A DNA stretch of 64,000 bases from assembly GCF_009914755.1 (NCBI RefSeq), contig NC_060925.1; one strand, given 5' to 3'. Below the pieces are notes generated by a model, which did no database searches, was not told the DNA's origin, and worked only from the letters and a program-made list of their open reading frames with translations. This document shows, piece after piece, positions 51,474 to 64,000 of this stretch. The position numbers and the translations under genes were made by a program. The DNA comes from the human T2T-CHM13v2.0 reference genome, Homo sapiens. Numbering within the stretch: the first letter of the stretch is position 1; each line of letters opens with the position of its first letter.

Positions 51474-53271
51474 CCTCTCCCTCTCCCCACGGTCTCCCTC
51501 TCTTTCCACGGTCTCCCTCTCATGCGGAGCCGAAGCTGGACTGTACTGCTGCCATCTCAGCTCACTGCAACCTCCCTGCCTGATTCTCCTGCCTCAGCCT
51601 GCCGAGTGCCTGCGATTGCAGGCACGCGCCGCCACGCCTGACTGGTTTTGGTGGAGACGGGGTTTCGCTGTGTTGGCCGGGCCGTCTCCAGCCCCTAACC
51701 GCGAGTGATCCGCCAGCCTTGGCCTCCCGAGGTGCCGGGATTGCAGACGGAGTCTCGTTCACTCAGTGCTCAACGGTGCCCAGGCTGGAGTGCAGTGGCG
51801 TGATCTCGGCTCGCTACAACCTCCACCTCCCAGCCGCCTGCCTTGGCCTCCCAAAGTGCCGAGATTGCAGCCTCTGCCCGGCCGCCACCCGTCTGGGAAG
51901 TGAGGAGTGTCTCTGCCTGGCCACCCATCGTCTGGGATGTGAGGAGCCCCTCTGCCTGGCTGCCCACTCTGGAAAGTGAGGAGCGTCTCCGCCCGGCCGC
52001 CATCCCATCTAGGAAGTGAGGAGCACCTCTTCCCGGCCGCCATCACATCTAGGAAGTGAGGAGCGTCTCTGCCCGGCCACCCATCGTCTGAGATGTGGGG
52101 AGCGCCTCTGCCCCGCTGCCCCATCTGGGATGTGAGGAGCGCCTCTGCCCGGCCGCGACCCCATCTGGGATGTGAGGAGCGCCTCTGCCCGGCCGCGACC
52201 CCGTCTGGGAGGTGAGGAGCGTCTCTGCCCGGCCGCCCCGTCTGAGAAGTGAGGAGCCCCTCTGCCCGGCAGCTGCCCCGTCTGAGAAGTGAGGAGCCTC
52301 TCCGCCCGGCAGCCACCCCATCTGGGAAGTGAGGAGCGTCTCCGGCTGGCAGCCACACCGTCTGGGAGGGAGGTGGGGGGTCAGCCCCCCGCCCGGCCAG
52401 CCGCCCCGTCCGGGAGGGAGGTGGGGGGGGTAAGCCCCCCGCCCGGCCAGCCGCCCCGTCGGGGAGGGAGGTGGGGGGGTCAGCCCCCTGCCCGGCCAGC
52501 CGCCCCGTCCGGGAGGTGAGGGGCGCCTCTGCCCGGCCGCCCCTACTGGGAAGTGAGGAGCCCCTCTGCCCGGCCAGCCGCCCCGTCTGGGAGGGAGGTG
52601 GGGGGGTCAGCCCCCCGCCCAGCCAGCTGCCCCGTCCGGGAGGGAGGTGGGGGGGTCAGCCCCCTGCCCGGCCAGCCGCCCTGTCCGGGAGGTGAGGGGC
52701 GCCTCTGCCCGGCCACCACCCCGTCTGGGAGGTGTGCCCAACAGCTCACTGAGAACGGGCCAGGATGACAATGGCGGCTTTGTGGAATAGAAAGGCGGGA
52801 AAGGTGGGGAAAAGATTGAGAAATCGGATGGTTGCCGTGTCTGTGTAGAAAGTAGACATGGGAGACTTTTCATTTTGTTCTGCACTAAGAAAAATTCTTC
52901 TGCCTTGGGATCCTGTTGATCTGTGACCTTACCCCCAACCCTGTGCTCTCTGAAACATGTGCTGTGTCCACTCAGGGTTAAATGGATTAAGGGCGGTGCA
53001 AGATGTGCTTTGTTAAACAGATGCTTGAAGGCAGCATGCTCGTTAAGAGTCGTCACCACTCCCTAATCTCAAGTAATCAGGGACACAAACACTGCGGAAG
53101 GCCGCAGGGTCCTCTGCCTAGGAAAACCAGAGACCTTTGTTCACTTGTTTATCTGCTGACCTTCCCTCCACTATTGTCCCATGACCCTGCCAAATCCCCC
53201 TCTGTGAGAAACACCCAAGAATTATCAATAAAAAAATAAATTAAAAAAAATAAATAAAAATAAAAAATAAA
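51474..53271 (+). mobile_element. SVA retrotransposon (young D-F type), antisense to SSBP3
   Basis: Short CCCTCT hexamer tract, Alu-like region, GC-rich VNTR (~51870-52740), SINE-R, AATAAA and A-tail; 15-bp TSD AAATAAATTAGGGGC at 51459-51473 and 53272-53286. Confidence 0.95.
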
Positions 53272-54150
53272 AAATAAATTAGGGGCAACATAGTGAGACC
53301 TCATCTCTACAACAACAAATAAAATTAGCCGGGTGTGGTGGCACGTGCCTGTAGTCCCAGCTACTCAGGAAGCTGTGGTGGGAGGAATCCCTTCAGCCCC
53401 AGATGCTGAAGCTGCAGTGAGCCATGACTGTGACACTGCCCTCTAGACTGGGTGACAGACACCCTATCTCTAAACAGACAAACAAACAAACATAATAGGA
53501 TTAATGAAACAAACATTACTAATATTTAAATAAAAAATAACAATGTTTCTTTCTGCCCTAGGATACATTAGAACATTCTGCTCTGCTTTCTTTCCCACTG
53601 GTCTCTGAATTGCCTGAAGCCTTTATAGCCTTTAGGACATCCTTTTTATAAAAGAAAAAAAAAAAAAGAGATGGAGTCTGGCTCTGTCATCCAGGCTGGA
53701 GTGCAGTGGCATGATCATGGCTCACTGCAGCCTTAAATTCCTAAGCTCAAACAATCCTCCCGCTTCAGCCTCCCGAGTAGCTGACTACAGGCATACACCA
53801 CTGTACCCAGCTTAGAACACCTTTCTTTTAAATGCACTGGTAAAACGGAATATAGTCAAACTTAAAATCCATTTGACTTGTCACTCTGTTTATTCAAAGC
53901 CCATGTTACACTGACTCCTGGTGTCACCTAACACGGTACCACCAAACTAAATATCCTCTCCACACAACCCTTATACACAAAGTACCTCCGGTTTTACTTA
54001 TAAGCACAGGTTTTGGGACTTGTAGGAATTCACGTCCATCTCTCCAAAGATGTCCATCCATTTTTGTCCAGGGGCTGGCTTTGGAGGACCAGCTGCTTGT
54101 CAATCAGGCCTTTGCATCTGTAATTCATCAGATGGGCTATCCCTGTCTAA

Positions 54151-55461
<1,311 letters not shown>

Positions 55462-56953
55462 TGTATTTTATTGTAATTCCTTTTTCCATTCTCATCTCAA
55501 TGCATTTCCAAATTAGAGAAGGACATCCTTCTTGTCTCACACTTTAAAAAATAGCAGTTTTCATGGCAAGCCAACATTTTAACATCTTTTCTATGGCCAG
55601 CAATGATAGTCATCTTGTGGAAACGTGTCTGAGGCATTCTCCTGTCTATAAAGTCAAAGATCTCATTAAGTGCTTTGGCATGTTTTGAGGAAACCGAAAG
55701 GTGACCCAAAACTTTCATTATGAAAGCTGGTATCACAGGTAAGCAAATTACACCCCTTTGTGACAGTGTCGGGTACGAGGTGTGAACATTTAGCAGGTAA
55801 GATGTTTTCATTTTCATTGGTAAGAAGCTTATGGACTAAATGAAATTTGCTCAAATTAACTGTGTACTGTCTGCCAAATATGTAGATAAATGAGCAAAGT
55901 CTAGGTTGTATTTGGACAAGAGAACAACAATCTCTTACGTCTTCAGTGGCTTCACTAAAATCTTCACAGAAATCGAGAAGACGATCTGAAACTCCAGTTT
56001 TCAAATCAACATACCTAAGAGCTAGCGGAAACCTGTAGCCATGACTTCAGGCAGCCCTTGACGCACTCGGAAGCACGAATGCTGGAAGGATCAGACAGGG
56101 TCAGCACTACTGTAAAGGGGCAATGCATCTGTTACTGAAAGTCCCTCGTCCTTTGGTTCACACACAGGACTTTTAGTTTGTAACCTCCGAATCAGGAAAT
56201 GTAACCTTCTTGGTTTGTGGTGCAATCAAGGGAACAAGATGATAATGGCGTCCATTCAAGGAGTGCGCCCAAGCTAATTCTGCGACCACTGTTTTTGACT
56301 GAGAACTGCTGTCTCTTTGGAGGTCAAAAAAACCTTGATTTAGAAAGATATGCCTCAGACTTGAGAGACTCAATGTCCAATGTGCCTCCACCTCCCCTTC
56401 TCCATATGCCATTTCTCACATTCTTTTCTGCACACCGCGCAGTACATTCTGTTTGGGTTCTTTCCTCCCTAATCCAGTTGTGTGTGTCCTTGCATCTGTC
56501 ATTAAAGTAACATGGTCATTTAACCTTCTTTCCCAGTGATGCCTGGGTCACGCTGGTGCTGTCATTGTCACCGTTCTCATTTTCATCATCTGAACTCTTA
56601 GGAAATACAGTCACAATATTCATGATGTCAAGACTGAAACCAGCACCGTCTAGACAAAAAGCCCAACACTGAATCTGCAGCAGACTCCTAGGCAAGTGCT
56701 GCTAACATGCATGACTGCAGCGTGCGGAGTTGCAGCCTGAGTGATGTGATCCATGGTGAATCACAAGTCCTGATGCCAGCATCCACGTCAGGCAACATGG
56801 CGACAGTGACCACTCGAGGCAGATCATCCACGCCATTTCCATCCAATGCTACAAATGGTGCTGTCATCCCTCTGTGTGGGTTTCATACTTTCCACCCAAC
56901 CTTCTGCATCACTGACAAAACCCAGGACTTTCTGTGTCCTGGGATTCCTCAGG

Positions 56954-57256
56954 ATGTGGGGCTTTTTAGTGTTAAAAGCCAGATGGTTGGTCACACCAGT
57001 GAGGACCCTGGCAACGGAGGCAGGCCAGAAACCATCCCTCAGAGGGCTGCTGGATGTAGGCAATATCCAGCACAGGGCAGCCCGCGCTCGGGGTTTAACA
57101 CGTGGGGTGATCCGGGTGTCACCTCAGGAACGGAGCCAACAAAACCAGAGTGCCCCAAAAGGCCCTACCCCCTCAACCAGGCCAAAGCCTCGCACTTTAG
57201 GGCCCCAGGCCCACTCTCTGGCTCTACAGTCTGTAGACCTCCTTTTCAGACCCTGA
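56954..57256 (+). other. 100-codon antisense ORF, probably the putative SSBP3-AS1/C1orf191 ORF
   Basis: MWGFLVLKARWLVTPVRTLAT...VDLLFRP; the link to the antisense lncRNA is from memory; no homology or coding evidence visible in the sequence. Confidence 0.4.
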
Positions 57257-58018
57257 GCTCCTGGAGGGGCAAGGCTGAACAGGTTCACCTGAGGCCTGCA
57301 TGGAGGAGGAAGGGAAGGAACTAGAATGGAAGGGTTGCCTGTGGAGGGGAAGCAGATCAGGCCCCGACCTCGGGCAACGCCCCCTGGGTGAGGAGACAGG
57401 CTGCAGCTGACTAACCAAGTCCCATCCAGTGGGTGCAGGGGACACAGGAGGAAGTGGGGCAAGCAGTAATCAGAAATGGGGAAATGTGAGCTGCAACATC
57501 ACCCAAGGGCTGCAACTCTGAGAGGCAAAGAAGCTGCCAGGTATTGGGAGTTCCAGAGCTCCTGGCAGCAGCACAGGCAGGCGGGTCCCCCAGCGAGCCC
57601 TGTCCCCTTGCTGCTGGCTCCACCCTCAACTCCATAGCCCCAGAAACAGACCCAGGAGGAGAGGGATTGCCCGGGCCAGCACAGCCAGTTTGCTGGGCAG
57701 AGACCAGGCCAGACCCCACCTACAGCCTGGCGCTTCCCCCACCAGCACGGCAGGAGGTGGCAAGTCCCAGCAGCACAGCGGGCGCCCTGGCTCTAACCAG
57801 AGGGTGGGCATCGTCCCACCCCTTCCTCTCCCACCCCCTGCCGCCTATGAAATGGGAACTGAGTTGCCCAAGAGTTAATCACTTTTCTGACGGTTTATTT
57901 TATTCATCTTTGGTAACAAATGGCTGAAATCAATTAAACTTGCTTTCCCCTCAGCTGATGAAGTTAATTATGATTTGTTATGGTGTCTGATATGTAAATT
58001 ATTAGAAAGCAGACTTAC

Positions 58019-58089
58019 GTTGGACCGGCTGCCTCCAGGCGGCACTGGATTAATCATTGTGTAGATGTTGTCACTGGAATTTGTTGAAT
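58019..58089 (-). CDS. SSBP3: SSBP3 exon (DSTNSSDNIYTMINPVPPGGSRSN)
   Basis: ctacag| and |GTAAGT; 71 nt. Confidence 0.92.
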
Positions 58090-58935
58090 CTGTAGAACAG
58101 TGGAAACCCACAAGTCGGGGTGATTAATTCGTTTCTTAATTAAAACAAACTCATGGCACTGGAACTCATTCTTTTGTATTTTATAACCTAAAATTTCCTC
58201 TAAGTACCACCATTTTCTGGCTAATTTGTATTTAATGAAGATTCACAAAGTTTTTAATCACAGAAAATTCAACTGTGAAAACCACTCAACCCCAGCAGTG
58301 TGGACACGGCACAGGGGGATTACGGGTTCAAATTCTTGTCTCCCCACCCCACACCGAATCTGGTCCCCAGACACTGCCTGGGACAACATGGGGGCAGCAG
58401 AACCACCACCTGTGCTCTCCTCCCACCACCTGTGCTCTCCCACCACCCTACAAAGTGGTTTTAATCAAATCAGGGAAAGGGAAACGTGGCAAATTACCCA
58501 GAGGCCACCCTGCCAGGCTGATGGGGCAGGAGGGAGAGGCAGGGATGGGGCTGGAAACGCATTCACATATGGAGTGGGTGCATGTGGCCCAGTCGGAATG
58601 TAGGTCATGCAGCTCATCAAAATGCAGCAGCAGAAAGAGAGAGCCGGAGTGGGAGCCCAGGATCCCGGCTGCGGCCAGCTCCACCCCTGCAGCTGAGCAG
58701 CTTCCCTGCTATGGGGAGCCGAGGAGGGGGCGGGGGAGAGTCCCCTCCATCTCCCCAGTTAGCCAAAAAAGTCTCCAGCTAAAACGTTTCTATCAGGAGC
58801 AGGCGCTGTAATTCTTGGGCAGAAATCCAGCTACCTCTCACTTTTTATTTTTGGGGTGGGTAAGGATCGTATGTTGAATTCCTTCTAGCTGGCTGGTATG
58901 CTATTCTTAGCTGGGAAAGAAACATAATTGTGATG

Positions 58936-58972
<37 letters not shown>

Positions 58973-58981
58973 CGCGCGCGC
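58936..58981. repeat. Compound microsatellite (GT)14(GC)9
   Basis: Read directly from the sequence. Confidence 0.95.
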
Positions 58982-59020
58982 ACATGCCCACGTATGTGCA
59001 CGCATGCCCTCTTTTGTTTA

Positions 59021-59330
<310 letters not shown>

Positions 59331-59761
59331 GGGGGGGGGGCGGGGGGGAGAAGGGATCTCCTATATAGAGGACCAGAAGCCAGGAGCTACGGAAACTCCA
59401 AAGGTAGCATGCCTCAGAATCCTGGTCCCAGGATGGCAGAACCCCAAGGCCCCTTTTTGAGTCATTTGGGGAAATGCCCACCCTGAACAGGGTTCTTCCC
59501 AACAAAAGGGATTCAAAGGCAACGAGAATCCCTGTTCCTGGACTGCTCTGCTCAGCCCTGTCCTTTATGGAGCAGCATCAGAGGAGTAGGTTAGTGTCAT
59601 CAAGGGACCCCCTGCCCTCTAAATGCCCAGTGGAAGATGTGCTGCCCAGGAAGGAGTGGCTGGTAAGCTCTGGCTCTGCAACAGTGCCCCTCCAGGTCTC
59701 TCTGGCAACATGCCCCACCCTCCACCACCAGACCCCCCACTTTCCCCTCAAGCGCTCTTAC

Positions 59762-59816
59762 CTGCGGGACTGGGCATAATGGGTGTTCCTGGAGGACCGC
59801 CACCACCAGGGGGTCC
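59762..59816 (-). CDS. SSBP3: SSBP3 exon (GPPGGGGPPGTPIMPSPA)
   Basis: ctttag| and |GTAAGA; 55 nt. Confidence 0.92.
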
Positions 59817-60330
59817 CTAAAGATGAGACAAAACTGACATCAGACACCCACGGTGGTAACGAACATGGGGAGGGGCCGGCATCCTCCCTCCCTGGTCAGC
59901 AGCAACTGCTCGCCCCGGGCCCAGCCGCTATTCATCTTGCTACACCCCCAGCGCTCACTCAAAGTACTCAAGCTTGAGAAGGGGACCTGGATGTCCCCTG
60001 TCCCTTTCTTCAGACCAAGCGGCCCCTGTGGGTGTGTGTGCCTGCATTATGTGCTCACAGGCATGCCCACTAGAGAGGCCTGCGGTGGACGCCAAGCAGC
60101 CCACTGGTCAGCTCCCCAGAAGGCAATTCCACCCCCAGGTCTGGTTTGGGGATTTCTGGGCCACCTTGGGTCTGTACAGATGACTGAATATTGACAGCAA
60201 GTTCTAGCAGTTTGGAACCTCTGCTCAGAAGAATGTGTGAAAGGGAAAGAAACGGGGACCCCAGACCAGTTCTCTTGCACACTCAGTCCCACGTGGCTAG
60301 ACATGCAATGCCCCAAACCCACACACTTAC

Positions 60331-60366
60331 CACATAGGTACCAGGTGATGAGGAGGAGTATGGAAT
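60331..60366 (-). CDS. SSBP3: SSBP3 exon (IPYSSSSPGTYV)
   Basis: tttttag| and |GTAAGT; 36 nt. Confidence 0.92.
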
Positions 60367-61020
60367 CTAAAAACAAGATGTCAGGGAGCCCCACGTCAGA
60401 GTCACTGAGTGCCCTCAGCTGCCAAACCTCCCTGAGGACACGACCCACTCTTCACAGGAAAGGCATCGCCACCCAGTGAGCTGGCCACCCACTTGGTTCC
60501 CCTGGGAGGGCTGGGACGTGGCTGAAGCCCAGTTCTCTCTGCTACATTGAACTGACCCTGAGACCCTGGTCTCTTACTCCCCAGTCCTGGGAGGGAGCCA
60601 CAGACACAGGGAGGACATAGAAGGCCCTCCGGTTTGAGAGGGCAGGAAACAGCTTTACCCCACATTCCTCTGGCCTTCACCCCACTGTCTGTGCGGAGCA
60701 CCTTACCCGCACCTTCCAGCCCTGCTGGGGAGGAGATGGGTAGAGGTCTCCACTCTGAACAGTGCTCTCTGAGCCCAGGTTCTCAGCTTACTCCTTAGAG
60801 GAGTGGGCTGGCTGGGCAGGCAGGGCAGGGGTGGAGCCCTTGATGACCCCTGCACATTACTCCCAGGCCTCCACCTCCACACGGCCTTCTCCCTAGAAGC
60901 ATCAGGAGAGTCCTGCTGCATCTCCCACTTCCCGTGACACCTACACCCAGGGACAGTAGCTCCCCTGCACCCAGAACCGCTCCCCTGACAAACACCACCC
61001 CACCCGACCCAGGTACTCAC

Positions 61021-61069
61021 TGAGTTAGCACTGTTAGGATTGGGCCAGGGTCTGCCAGCTCCCGGGCCC
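61021..61069 (-). CDS. SSBP3: SSBP3 exon (GPGAGRPWPNPNSANS)
   Basis: ctctcag| and |GTGAGT; 49 nt. Confidence 0.92.
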
Positions 61070-61524
61070 CTGAGAGAGGGAGAAAGAGATGTGGACAATG
61101 AAAAAGGCGCTGTAAACTCCAAGCGGTGGAGGCAGCAGGGGCAGAAGGAAAGGGCTGAAATCACAACAGGAAGTCCTTCCTACAGCCCTGCGGTTTAGAG
61201 CCTTCTGGCTCAGGGCAGTAATGGGTAACTTCATGGGTGGAAATCTATGAATTGCTTTAAATTATAGGTAAACTTTACAAAGTATATAAAATTAGATAAA
61301 AAATATGTGAAATTCCCTTTGCATGTGCATTTTCCTAGGAAGGGAGTCCACATTCTCACAACAGGGTTAAAAATCACAAATGCACTAGAGAACAGTGGCT
61401 ACACTGTCCAGAGGTTCAACTCTTGACCCTGCCACTGAAAGCTGTGTGAGCCTGGGCAAGTTACTTCACCTCTCTGTGCCTTGGTGACCTCATCTGTAAG
61501 GGGGTTATAATAATAACCGCGTCA

Positions 61525-61832
<308 letters not shown>

Positions 61833-62091
61833 TCATCGCGTCATAGGGTAATCATGAAGATGAGGTGAGCTGATGCACGCAGCATGCCTGAACCGTGCCC
61901 GGCACACAGAGGCACTCTATGAGGCTGAGCTCTCATCACCAGGATCATCAATATCCTCACATTACCGATGAGGAGACTGAGGTCCAGAGAGGTACCAGCA
62001 ATGACCCCTTATCATGAGTCTCCCAGGGTGCTGGCAGAGGGTGGGGGAAGACCTGGACTCTGAGCCACGGGCCGGGTCGTTTTTGCCTTAC

Positions 62092-62156
62092 ATGTTAATC
62101 CCGGGCATGGCGGGGCCGAGGGAGTTGGGTGGTGGTCTCATGCCGCTGCCGTAATT
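62092..62156 (-). CDS. SSBP3: SSBP3 internal exon (NYGSGMRPPPNSLGPAMPGINM)
   Basis: ttgcag| and |GTAAGG; 65 nt; Gly/Pro/Met-rich SSDP C-terminal region. Confidence 0.9.
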
Positions 62157-62784
62157 CTGCAACGATAACCAAGGGTCAGTCTATGAGAAGAAGGGAACCG
62201 GAGACAGGAGGAGGGAGGAGAAACAAACAGACAAAACATAGTGAGAGGGTTAGTCTGTGAAAAGGATTGATGAGAAAAAATAATACATTCTTTCAAAAAC
62301 GGTGGGGCGGGTGGGAACCAAGTCACAGGGACCACAATGACAAGCCAGCACAGAGGGACAGTCACAACATTCAGTGCATTTTCAGGAGCTTTCAAGATGA
62401 AGTTCTCAAAAACATGTGGCTATCCAGCAAGCCGCTGCCCTCTCTGGGCTCCCATGATGTCATCCTGTACCTTCCCCCTGGGCTCAGGCGGGTAAGAGGG
62501 GATGGACTTGGTCTTGGAACCCATTGAGAGGCTCTGAGGTGAGGAGGCAGGGAGGCGAGGGGTGAGTGTCAATGTGGATGGGAGCAGGCACTCCTGAGAA
62601 GCCTGCCCGAGGCTGGTGCAGGCCCAGGCCTGGCACATACAGACACGCCAACCTGCCCCAGGTCCAGGTGGTAGTCCTACCCCACCCATGTGTCAGCATC
62701 AGAGGCCCTCCACAGACATGATGCTGGGAAGCCGGAGAAAACTCCATTTCTGCACTCAGGGATCATCACTATGTGTGTGTGAGT

Positions 62785-63403
<619 letters not shown>

Positions 63404-64000
63404 AATGTTTGAGAGAAAAGTCTACACAGAACTCACGAAGTCCCAGCAGTCCAGATTCAGCTCAGGACGGCCCACTGAGGCACAGCGGGGTGGGTCAAGG
63501 CACCAGGCCTCGTATCACGCGCATCTCTTCCTATATAACCAGGCCAGTGTTGCTCGTGACCCTCTCTCCAAGTGTCATTTTCCCTGCAGTCATACATGCC
63601 TTGCTTCCCTGCTCCCTGCTTGGCAGGCTCCTACTCAGCTCCAAGAGCAGCTCCTCTAGGAAGCCCTCCTGACCCCACCCCTTCGGGCTGACTGCTCCAG
63701 CCCTGTTACTCCCACAATGCCTTCTAACCTCCCTCCCCCGCCACCATGCTACACTGGGTCTGATCATGGCCACGTGTCTGTCCATCTCCCATCTCTCCTA
63801 GTGGACTCCAAGTGCCCTTTGAAGGTGGGGCTGTGTCTTGATGATCATATACCCCCCACCCCATGCACCCAGTGGCACAGACTGGCACTCACTACGCTGG
63901 CACTGAAGCAATCAATGAAAGACCGAAGAAGGGAATGCATGAAGACCAAAGGGAGCCTGGCTGCAGCTTAAGCTCTGCCCTTGTAGGAGAACTTGAAGTA

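Noticed and set aside
51562-53239. Many overlapping long ORFs, up to 199 aa
   Set aside because: Products of the GC-rich SVA VNTR/SINE-R, not genes.
55666-56004. piggyBac transposase or processed pseudogene suggested by KGCNLLTCD
   Set aside because: The surrounding motifs (BED-like finger, FPDS, CxxH, ERIFS) fit a hAT transposase; stops and frameshifts exclude an intact gene.
60701-60760. Extra SSBP3 exon ending at a GG|GTAAGG donor
   Set aside because: The flanking exons already join in frame and no strong acceptor was found.

Overview
Human (primate) genomic DNA, recognisable as the CYB5RL-MRPL37-SSBP3 locus (chr1p32.3 from memory). It contains the 5' part of CYB5RL on the minus strand (4 coding exons, aa 1-180). 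CYB5RL is head-to-head across a CpG-island promoter with the complete 7-exon MRPL37 gene on the plus strand (423 aa). MRPL37 is tail-to-tail with the last 9 coding exons and 3'UTR of SSBP3 on the minus strand. I rebuilt all exon chains by hand from GT-AG junctions and reading-frame continuity. Most ORFs in the supplied track are Alu/SVA/low-complexity noise. Main items for a second look: (1) a ~520-bp cassette (223 bp unique sequence + AluY-like) copied from MRPL37 intron 3 into the CYB5RL first-intron region; (2) an alternative MRPL37 last exon encoding an 85-aa basic tail that ends at a bidirectional poly(A) signal shared with SSBP3; (3) a near full-length fossil hAT (Tip100/Zaphod-like) transposon in an SSBP3 intron with nested L1, Alu and a young SVA; (4) a 100-aa antisense ORF starting inside that transposon end, with a mitochondrial-presequence-like N-terminus; (5) a candidate sense-Alu exon in CYB5RL. 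I see no convincing evidence for a wholly new multi-gene system.
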